The notes under the pieces were generated by a model that was given only the letters and a program-made list of their open reading frames with translations, made no database searches and was not told the DNA's origin. 64,000 nucleotides of DNA, taken from Lama glama. Taxonomy: Eukaryota. The translations under genes and the position numbers were made by a program. This document shows positions 50,936 to 60,772 of the stretch, piece after piece (positions within the stretch are counted from its first letter, which is position 1; the number at the start of each line of letters is the position of its first letter). The stretch is from positions 89,034,001-89,098,000 of the forward strand of contig CM052817.1 of the NCBI GenBank assembly GCA_028534125.1, given 5' to 3'.

Positions 50936-51806
50936 ATTCCCCACTATCCATGTCCATTCCACAATCTTGTGGGAAAAGGGGCGATGACTGCTCTGGCTAC
51001 TTCCTGCTCATAAGGGGCGATGAGGGGGTGATTATAGAATGGAATTGGTCAGCTTTGGTCAGGGAACATTCCTAGGCATTTTTAGTCAGTAGTATAATCT
51101 CTCTTTCTTTTTTTTTTTTCTCCTTCTCTTTATTTACAACTATTTGATCTGATAAAACTCCTTGGTACTTTGTTGAACTTGGAGTTTTGGTTCCCCTTAC
51201 ATATCTATTAATGTTATGTTTTTCCACTGTACTGTATTGCACTAGATTCCTGTGCTATTTAGTTCATCCAAAGACTTAGAGTGGTGTCATGAAGCCTCCA
51301 GGTGACCAGTTCTACAGAGGCTAGCGGTTGTCACTCTTTCCTTCTCTTTATCTTATAAGCACCCAAGGTGTGGTTTTCTTGGTAATTCTAGCTATTTTGT
51401 AAGGTTAAAGTTCTGTGACCTTCTCCCTGGAGATCGACTCAGAAACCAAGCATGATTATAGCTTTTGATTACTGGAATAAAGTAGAAACAGTAAGATCAA
51501 TAACTTTAGTTTTAACAATGGGTCTGGAACTGTGAGTAGCAACTGGTCAGTCAGATCAGTTGACCATTTTAAGGGCAAGCATAAGAATAAGCAATCTGTT
51601 AGCCTAAGTGCAGCCATTTTATTAATCCTCCTTCAAAATCCCCACTGTCAGTTTCTCTAATTCCATTTCTTGGAAATAGGGAGATGGGTGTCATGTTCCT
51701 GCTGAAAGGGGGCGTTGTTTGGGGCCCTTGAAATGGAATGCGCGAACCTGATCTTGCCATGTGGCTGGGGGTTCAGAAAGAGCCTTAGCTGCTCATTTCC
51801 TGCACA

Positions 51807-51959
51807 TTAGACAATGGAAAACAGTCTGAATATTAGATATATACCAACTCCTGTTAACAGAGGTGATAACAGAAACTGTAGAATTCCCATAAGAATGGAT
51901 TTGAGACCTTGGGGTACCCATGAAAAGAGACCAGAAAACCAGGTGTTAACTTGGGTTAT
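51807..51959 (-). pseudogene. env: Retroviral env TM-subunit remnant (membrane-proximal and membrane-spanning segment)
   Basis: Translates ITQVNTWFSGLFSWVPQGLKSILMGILQFLLSPLLTGVGIYLIFRLFSIV*: a W..LFSW motif then a hydrophobic anchor, at the env position of the provirus. Confidence 0.7.
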
Positions 51960-53685
51960 AACTTTTCACACATACAATCATTGGTCTCGTACAGAAGTAT
52001 ATATCTGGTCTACTGTTTTAAGTTACCTAGTCATTATTTTATCAGAGGCTCAGTCACACAGTTGGTAATACAAGAAATAATAATTATGTAAAACAGGCAA
52101 AGTACAAATAATATAGTTAGCAGTATTAGTAAGGTCATAAGTGAGACTTTAAGCCAAGAACTATCACTAGGTGCTTACAAAGGTATAGTTTACCAAACTG
52201 CTATAAGTCATAATTAGCTTGAGAAGAAGGACTTCTTTATATCTGGAGAACACAGATTAAAAGGCAGTAATATTTCAGACAAAACAAAAATTATAACCAT
52301 ATCCATCAGTTTATTTAGTCCCATGTAACTAATCCTTCTTTTGTTAACAGTTTTATGAACTCAGTTTCCATCAGACTTTTAAAATTTCTTACCCAGTTTA
52401 GTTCATTGCTATAGTTTGAAATTAAAAATCAGTAAATCTCCTTGAAGAGAAAGCATTATGCAAAAGCATCAGAATAAAACAACTGTCTATAAATGACAAA
52501 AGACCTAAAAGCATGGTTAAGCACCTAGTTACACTGTAATCAATAAAGAGATCTGGTCATAATAACCAGAATTATGACTGGTAACATTTCAGACATACCA
52601 GATTCTTAGGGATTCCCTATAATTTCTAGAATATCTGTATTAATAATATTTTTTATACAATATAACCTAGGGAGATTTATTATTCATTTGACAATACTTC
52701 CTATGTTGTTTAACATACCAAGTTAAACTTACTAGTTTAAAATCTCTCTTTGGGATATTTCAGGGGCCCTCTGAAGCATCCCAGATTTAGCTGGAGGTCA
52801 AAAGAATTCTGATTAAAATTTGATATTTGGGAAGCTTCTTAAAAAGTTTCAAAATAGTTGGTCAGATAAAAGTATAGGTCACTGTGAAACAGTACTTATT
52901 CATTAACAATAAAAATATTTCAAGGGTAAATACAGAACAGATCACTTAAGCGATAAAAGAAAATTTACAATCTGTACTAAAAGCATATTAACATTTTAAG
53001 ATAACTTTGTTCTCTCAACAGAGAGAAAGAGAACCAAATCTAGTCATCTTGTACCAGCTTACTTTTAAGATTTATTTAATTAACTAAATTTATTTTAAAC
53101 TTAGCCAATCCTGACCATGTACAAAATTATTTTCTTCAGGGTTTCTCTTTCACAAACCTTTCACAATTTTCTCTATCTATATTATTTTGGCCCTTATTTT
53201 CTTTTTCATTCAGAAGCAACTAGGCCTAGGACAAAGTCACTCTTTTTTCATTAACAAAATATAATTCCATTCCTTATACCTTCTTTCACTGAAAACATTT
53301 ATCTTACTTTCTTAGCATACTGCGATGTTTCCCTTAGTAGTAGAGAATAGTTTAGGGTGACACCCAACATTTGTTAATATTCATTTCTAAATATCTTTAG
53401 TTTTTCTGTAAGAGGAAGTCAATATTCAGCAATTAATGTTTTGATATCTTATTTTATCTGAAAATGACCTAGCTATTTAATAAACTTCCATCATTTAACT
53501 TAATTTAGCCCATCTCTAAAATTTTAAGTTACCAAATATCTGGGGAGATCATTTGAGTGGACATTCCTGAAATAATAATTCCTTAAAGTTTACCCAAAAG
53601 CTCTTTCTCATTTACATTTAAGTTACTTATGAGAATATTATCCCAAGTTGTTTTTCTTGCTGACTAATTTGTAACAGATATGACA

Positions 53686-54185
53686 NNNNNNNNNNNNNNN
53701 NNNNNNNNNNNNNNNNNNNNNNNNNNNNNNNNNNNNNNNNNNNNNNNNNNNNNNNNNNNNNNNNNNNNNNNNNNNNNNNNNNNNNNNNNNNNNNNNNNNN
53801 NNNNNNNNNNNNNNNNNNNNNNNNNNNNNNNNNNNNNNNNNNNNNNNNNNNNNNNNNNNNNNNNNNNNNNNNNNNNNNNNNNNNNNNNNNNNNNNNNNNN
53901 NNNNNNNNNNNNNNNNNNNNNNNNNNNNNNNNNNNNNNNNNNNNNNNNNNNNNNNNNNNNNNNNNNNNNNNNNNNNNNNNNNNNNNNNNNNNNNNNNNNN
54001 NNNNNNNNNNNNNNNNNNNNNNNNNNNNNNNNNNNNNNNNNNNNNNNNNNNNNNNNNNNNNNNNNNNNNNNNNNNNNNNNNNNNNNNNNNNNNNNNNNNN
54101 NNNNNNNNNNNNNNNNNNNNNNNNNNNNNNNNNNNNNNNNNNNNNNNNNNNNNNNNNNNNNNNNNNNNNNNNNNNNNNNNNNNNN
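53686..54185. other. Assembly gap (500 N) inside the provirus
   Basis: Run of N. Confidence 1.
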
Positions 54186-55370
54186 TATTAAACCTAAGTA
54201 CAATAGAAATTCTATGCTTAACGTTAATGAATCTTGAGACATGTCTATATTAATTGAACCAATAGGCTTAAGCTAGCTTCAAATACCAGGTATTGATTCA
54301 GTATTGAGTATTTTTTTAGATCACATGGACCTGATTTTCATTCTGGCCAGTTTCTTTTATATTTCTGAGTATTTATATAAGCATTTAATTTTCTTTAAGC
54401 TAACTAAATAGGGCTCTTTTACAAATTAATCTTGGCAATGCCACATATCTACAACACACATATAGGTATGTACAAACACACAAACACAGAGACCTCATAG
54501 TCCCCGTTTTAAACTTTTAGCTATGAATCAGATAGAACAATGTAAGACTCATCAGTTACAAGAGGTTGGATTCAAATTGGGTTTTTCGCAGATGAACAGA
54601 ACAAATCAAAGTTGCCTGTGTAGCTAGCTAAACATTTTTACTAACTTCTATGGAAGACAGTTAGTATTTCTATTTGTTTCCAAATTACTCCCTTTTTCAA
54701 GATTTGCATTCCAAAGGTCATAACAGCTGTTGAGTCATTGGCGTTGGGATAGAAGTTTAGAAGTTACAAAGTCCACTAGTTGAGGCCCCACTGTCAGTTG
54801 TTCCTAAGGCTCTTGGGTGGCAATTGTTATAGGGGGGTCTTTAAAATGGCTAGAGCCCTGGGCCCTGTCAGTTATTACTTTCCTCATTATTGGATTTCGT
54901 ATAGGCTTGTATATGTGATATTTCTTCCTATTTATCTTTTCTCTGGCAAAACAGTTCTAACTGGAGAATGGTTTAGTCATTTTCAGGCCAGTGTTTCTCA
55001 GAACCTAAAGTGTACATTACTCAAGCAGTATTACAGTAAAATACCATCTTTTTCTTAGTCATAGGCTCACAGCTATATTTTCCTATTTATTTAAGACATG
55101 CCCCAAAGGGCTTTCCTTAGGGTCAGATGGAGTATTTCCCACATCTATAAGTTTAAGAACAATAAGACACAAAAGGCGCAACAAACCCCAATACCAAAAA
55201 CACGAAGTATAACATGACTAAACACAAACTGAAGCCATCTTTCCCTTAGGCATGGGTTCATAGCTGTGTGTAATCAGACCACTAATTCAAAATGTGCCTC
55301 AAAGAACCTTCTTTAGGGATAGTTGAAATGTTCCTTATCTTTTTTTTTTTTAAGACAAGAATACAAAACA

Positions 55371-55809
55371 CGACAACATAACGCCATTTGCAGCAACATG
55401 GATGCTCCTAGAGAATGTCATTCTAAGTGAAGTAAGCCAGAAAGAGAAAGAAACATACCATATGAGATCACTCATATGTGGAATCTAAAAACTAACAAAA
55501 ACAAAAACAAACAAACAAAGCATAAATACAAAACAGAAACAGACTCATAGACATAGAATACACACTTGTGGTTGCCAAGGGGGCAGAGGGTGGGAAGGGA
55601 TAGACGGGATTTCAAAATCGTAGAATAGATAAACAAGATTATACTGTATAGCACAGGGAAATATACACAAGATCTTATGGTAGCTCAGAGAAAAAAATGT
55701 GACAATGAATATATATGTGTTCATGTATAACTGAAAAATTGTGCTGTACACTGGAATTTGACACAACATTGTAAAATGATTATAAATCAGTAAAAAATGT
55801 TAAAAAAAA
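55371..55809 (+). mobile_element. Young 5'-truncated camelid L1 inserted into the provirus
   Basis: gccatttgcagcaacatggatgctcctagagaatgtcattctaagtgaagtaagccag...polyA. TSD aagaatacaaaaca (55357-55370) / aagaatacaagaca (55810-55823), 13/14. Confidence 0.95.
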
Positions 55810-56196
55810 AAGAATACAAGACAAACAAAACACAAACAACACATACAAATGCAAGCATCCAAAGAAATAAATGAACTGGTTCCAAACTGGGTTAAAGTCC
55901 AGCAGCTATTTCCCCTCACCAACAGGGTACCCCACTAAAACAAATTGGATTATTCCAGAGAAAAAGCCCAAATGGAAAGGAGTAAAGTTCCTGGCTGTAC
56001 ACACCAGAGAGACTTACCCTACTGTATGGAGCCCATCAGCCCCCAGTTGTCAATTCCTTTCTCCAACTGCCAAGCACTGGGGCAGCGGGTGCCGGTTCAG
56101 GGCATTTAGAAGGGAAGATCCTCAGTGGTCCTGGCAGCTGCTAGGGCCTCACCTGAAAATTCCCCAAATGGAGCTGGCTGGCCACGAGCAGCGAGG

Positions 56197-56214
56197 CTCC
56201 TGGCTGCCTTGCCA
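56197..56214 (-). promoter_or_regulatory. Primer-binding site, tRNA-Arg(ACG) type
   Basis: Minus strand TGGCAAGGCAGCCAGGAG versus TGGCGAGCCAGCCAGGAG (complement of the tRNA-Arg(ACG) 3' end), 16/18, 4 nt from the 5' LTR. Confidence 0.85.
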
Positions 56215-56218
56215 AAAT

Positions 56219-56550
56219 TGTTGCCAAATCCGGACTCGTTCTGCTCACCGCACGACAGGCCAGTAAATTGGACACGAGGTGTTGGGGCAAGGAATAGCCA
56301 CTTTACTTGGAGAGCCGGCAGACCGAGAGGATGGCAGACTAATGTCTTGGAGAACCATCCTGCTCTAGTCAGAATACAGTCTCCTTTTATACAAAAAATA
56401 AGGGAAGGGGTGGGAAAATAAGGGAGAGGATGTGGTTGCTTGTTGTAATCTTCTTGCTGTAGGCATCCTTTGTTCTTGCAGCTATCCCCGTTGGCTAGGT
56501 CATGGTGTCCCTGTAAACCTCCAACAAAACAAAGGTTGTTCTCTACTACA
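56219..56550 (-). mobile_element. 5' LTR of the ERV1 provirus (332 bp)
   Basis: TG...CA ends, minus-strand TATAAAA (plus ttttata ~56385) and AGTAAA (plus tttact 56302-56307). Confidence 0.93.
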
Positions 56551-56769
56551 CTGTCACTTTCGTTATATTTGCTGTAATTAGTGGTTGCTCACAATCAACT
56601 GTTGCCAGTGATTAGGTTATTGTCACAGAAAGAATTCAGAGATGAGACACAAAGGTTTTTCTCTACTACACTGTCACTTTCGTTATATTTGCTGTAATTA
56701 GTGGTTTGCTCACAATCAGCTGTTGCCAGTGATTAGGTTATTGTCACAGAAAGAATTCAGAGATGAGAC
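56529..56769 (+). repeat. ~120-bp tandem duplication
   Basis: Units 56529-56648 and 56649-56769 (acaaaggtt...gagatgagac) differ by about two substitutions and one 1-bp indel. Confidence 0.95.
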
Positions 56770-57345
56770 ACAGAGGTTAAGAAAGTGAAGAGGGGATTTA
56801 TTAAGGGATAGATAGTGCTCCCTCAAGTGGAGAGCAGGCAGGGTCAGGTAAGTAGTTGCTCTGAGTTTCTTTGGCAAGTTGGTTACATACAGTGTAAAGA
56901 AGAATGGGAGGAATATTCGTTGTGGAGGGAAGGGTTTGGGGTTGTATTCTCTGATTTTCATCCGAGCTCCACCTTCCTAAGAGAAAGGGTGATTTTTGTC
57001 TTTATTTAGTCTAGATCAGAAGTGTCCTGGCATCAGTGCATGATGGGTACTTCTAATTGGCAAGGCTAATTTTATTGAAATGAGGGCATAATGAGCAAAA
57101 GGTGACTTGGATTCTGGAGATTCCTGCCTTTTCCCACCTTTCTTTGTTGGCCTTCAGGCCACTTGAGTGACTGCATATCAGCCCAGAGGTTCCTGCTTTT
57201 CCTTCTCTGCCCAGGGGATCCCTGTTGTTTATATAATATATGGTCTCCTGCATTTGGCATATGCCCGTCCTTTTTGCCCAATTTCCACCATTTGGCCTGT
57301 GTCCCCCATTCTTTGCTCATATCTAGCTATCTGCCTGTTCTAATA
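56721..57345 (-). mobile_element. Second ERV1-type solo LTR (first ~50 bp also copied at 56600-56648)
   Basis: tgttgccagtgattagg...gattttattaagg (minus AATAAA)...ttatataata...ctagctatctgcctgttctaata. Flanks caac/cagc and taac. Confidence 0.8.
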
Positions 57346-57369
57346 TAACCACAAACAGACTCAAATGTA

Positions 57370-57512
57370 CAGTCTCTGACATCATACCCCTTGTGACCTC
57401 AGGTTAACCTGATAACATGCAGAGACCCTATTTCCAAATAAGGTCATATACACAGGGGCTAGGGGTTAGGACTTGGTCTTATCTTTTCAAGAGACACTAT
57501 TCAACCCACTAG
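57370..57512 (-). mobile_element. MLT1A/B-type LTR fragment
   Basis: gcagagaccctatttccaaataaggtcatatacacaggggctaggggttaggactt...gacactattcaacccac. Confidence 0.8.
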
Positions 57513-58430
57513 TTGATTTGTAAATAAAATTGTATTTGTTATGAGATCCCTCAACTCTTTCCTCAGTTTCTTCTCCCACCCTTATAAACCTATCTGCAGC
57601 ACATCTATCCTTAATACTTTCATTAATTTAATAGAACACTATAAATTTCCACCAGCCAAGTTTCATTAGATAATCTAGATCTAGGCTGACATCCATCTGA
57701 AAACCAGATTTAACAATGCTCATCCTCCCCCTCCCCCATTTATCATCTCTGTTCTCTCAGGCTTTGCTTTTAATTCCATCTCATCTTGAGCATAAACAGA
57801 CAAAAAGCCTGGTCTCAAAATATGCTCTAGCTAAGAATTGTTTTTCCTCCTCCCCCTACACTTATACTTCCAAGAATTCCACATATCCTTAGCACTTTCC
57901 GAAATTCCCATTTACCACTTGGTCTAATCCACTTGGACTTTTACTTTGCCTTTTCACTGAAGTTACTATTGCCAAATGAGCAGTGTCAAATTGCCCATCC
58001 ATGCATTACTTTAACTTCTGATTTTACTTGATATACCTGTGATATTTTAGTCTGCTGCTTATGACCTTCTCTAATCTCTTTCCTTTTTTGGCTTCTGGAA
58101 TGCTGTTCTTCTAGTTTCTTCATTCTTTCCTTTCAATCTCTCAATGGGTTTCTCTCTCTCTCTTTCCTTCTTAACTGTTAGTATTTACTAACAGCTTTTT
58201 TGCCCTCAGCTTTTCTCAAGCTCCATTTATATCTGTGGGTACCGCTACCACTGATATGCTGTCCACTTCCAAATATTTAGCTTCAGCCAAATATTATATA
58301 CTAAAATTCAGATCTGTCGGTCTTTCCCTGGATAAATTCCAGGCAACTAAATATAGCATGTTAAAAACTGTGCTCAATAATTCTTTTCTACTAATGAATC
58401 CTTCTCTTGGTTTGTTATCGAGTTAATAAT

Positions 58431-59689
58431 TGTATTAAGATATGATCAGTAAAGCAATACAGCTAGGATACATAAAAATTAAGTATTGAATCTACTTATA
58501 CATCTATATCTTTCTATATATCTATACATTATCAATATCTGCCTACATAAATTTTATCCATAATTTATTATAAGGATTGTCACTCTATCTGTCTATCTAT
58601 AATTTATTACAAGGATTTTACCTTGCATAATTGTGGGAACATGCAGTCTAGGTGAGATTGTTTTTCTGTTTCTGGTGCTGGAGACTGAGGTCTGAAGGAC
58701 AAGCAGTCAGAAAAGGGAAATAGAGGTAAAGTGACAAAAACAGAGATAAACAGGAAACTGAGTCTGAACTAGAAATAATGACTATGTATTGGAACCAGTA
58801 TCCTCGCTCACCACCTCCAGATCTCCAGCTGGAGGATGGGTTGTCTGCAGGAGAAGCTGTCACCCTTCGTCATGGAGTTAAATGCACACATTGCCTAGAG
58901 AAGCTAAAATAGGAGATTTAGCAGAAGTTTGAACTGCTGTGGGCCCACCTACTACTCCAAGCCCACTAGGGAGCCCACAGATAAATACCAACATGCATGA
59001 TCTGCCACAACATCCTGTATCCACTGCAAGGTTTTTGAGCATAAGAAGATGGCTGTTTCTTCATTTACATCTTCAAAAGTTCATGTGAAATATCTCTCAT
59101 GGTTCATGAGGTGGGGAAACTCTGAGAAATGTTGTTCTGTTACCGAAAAAAGGAAAATAAGAATTACCTCAGTTCTTAGTCACCCAAAAAAAAAGAATTT
59201 TTGACAAGAGACAAAAAGCGTGATATAAGCAAGATTTTTATTAGTGAAGTTAAAAAAGTAAAAGATAGTACACTCCTGAGAATTAGGAGTGGGCCAATCC
59301 AAGAGAGGACAAGTGGCGCGGCTCTTTTGTTTTTCCATCTTACCTCCTGGCCTAGGGCATTTCTGCGATTGATTGATTGACTGATTGATAACTCAGGTTC
59401 CCTGCGCTCTGGCATGCCCATTCCCTTTTGTGCAGGTTCACTGGGTCACGTTATACCAAATCCCCCTCCCATGAGCAGCTGCAGTGCTTTGATTTTAACT
59501 GGTTTCTTTTACTAGCACTCGTTTAGAGAAAGTAAAAATTTCTGGAGTCCTTTTTCCTGAATGTAGATACACTGTCATTTTCTGCCTTGTTCCTTTCCCC
59601 TTCCTCTTCCCCTGCCCAGTGCTCATTTGTATTCTAAACTACCTAACAGTTCCATTTTTGCTAAGTTGACTTGATGCAAGTCCACCACA
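58431..59689 (-). mobile_element. ERVL LTR (MLT2F-like), interrupted by an ERV1 LTR
   Basis: tgtatt...atttattacaaggattttaccttgcataattgtggga...ctaagttgacttgatgcaagtccaccaca. Perfect 5-bp TSD ataat (58426-58430 / 59690-59694). Confidence 0.8.
59138..59648 (-). mobile_element. ERV1-type solo LTR (511 bp)
   Basis: TGTTA...TAACA ends, perfect 4-bp TSD gttc (59134-59137 / 59649-59652), plus-strand tttatt (minus AATAAA). Confidence 0.92.
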
Positions 59690-60082
59690 ATAATATCAAT
59701 GTGATATAAAAAACTAGAAGTCCCCTTCAAATGCACTTACTCTTTTCCCACATTCAAGCTCTCAATAAACCATGTCCTTTCATCTTACAAACTATGTATC
59801 ATTCAGCACTGTGAACAGATCCTCACCTATTCTTTCTCCTCAGTTCATTTACTAATGATATTTTATCTTATTGTTAAAAAAAAAAACTTCCCCTGATTTT
59901 TTTAATGAAGCATTAATTATCTTACAAATGCATCCTCCAAAGATTTGTCTTACATAAAAAAGTCTAGTTGTGTTTAAATATGCTTGAAACACTTCATGGT
60001 TTACAGGGACACAAAGAATAAACTCTAAATCAGACCATACTGGATCTCCCTTATTATAACCTTTGTCCACCCACCCAATACT

Positions 60083-60096
60083 CTGCCCTCCAGCGG
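60083..60096 (-). promoter_or_regulatory. Candidate CTCF core motif
   Basis: Minus strand CCGCTGGAGGGCAG versus consensus CCRSYAGRKGGCRS, one mismatch. Confidence 0.3.
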
Positions 60097-60772
60097 CACC
60101 AAACTCACCATGAGATTCAAATATGTTAACCATTATATGGTGATTATATTGTTATTGTACTTATTTTAGATGTGGGTTAAGTACTCCTTAATGCTGAAAG
60201 ACACTGTCAAAGACTGAGCACACATTAAAAAGATGGGATAAAATCTAAAGAAGTCCTTTAAATCTGATCTCTCATTTTGAGTATACTTAAGTCATACTCT
60301 TAAAAAGTTATATACACTTGACAATTAAAATATCTGCAGTATTGCTTGGGAGATACCTCTGAAGTCTTTGAAAATGATTACTGAATGAAATATTTAGTCT
60401 CAACAAGATAACAGAAGTACCATGCTATATGGGAGAGGAGATGGTTTGAAAGAGAACAGTTTATGAGGAATATGGAGTTAAGCATTCCCTCTGGAATTCA
60501 GACCTAAGAAATAATAGCTTATTCCACTGTTCTTTGCCTGTTTTATGGTCTCCATTAATGCTTGTTTGCTTTCTTTTCAACTATTATTATTGTTATTTTT
60601 ATATATCACATAAAACAAGTCTAACTTGTAAGAGAAGGTGGTCTGGGATGAAAAAAATTTCTCTGCCTTATCTGTAGCCAGAATATCAGGTCCTTTATTT
60701 TGCAGGAATCTTTTACAACTGTGAGTCATAATCAAAATACTGGGAAAAAAAAAAGGAAAAAAAGATAGCCAC

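Larger units (their letters stand above)
50637..56550 (-). mobile_element. ERV1-type provirus with two LTRs, apparently non-autonomous (MER4-group-like AT-rich internal region)
   Basis: Direct LTRs at 50637-50935 and 56219-56550 (tgttgc...ctactaca). Perfect 4-bp TSD ctgt (50633-50636 / 56551-56554). PBS next to the right LTR, PPT (minus atagtggggaat) next to the left LTR. Confidence 0.95.
57740..60040 (+). mobile_element. L2 fragment hosting nested LTRs
   Basis: Pyrimidine-rich L2 motifs (ttcactgaagttactattgccaa...tttggcttctggaatgctgttctt) that resume after 59695. Confidence 0.6.

Noticed and set aside
53664..54242. The two longest ORFs in the track (192 and 185 aa)
   Set aside because: Artefacts of the 500-N gap. 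The same applies to the ORFs at 44354-44579.
55871..56421. 131-aa and 98-aa plus-strand ORFs
   Set aside because: Antisense to the ERV leader and LTR, with no recognisable domain.
56529..56769. CRISPR-like or array-type repeat
   Set aside because: Only two adjacent copies with no spacers, in mammalian DNA with no cas genes. The same holds for 15213-15302 and 43220-43253.
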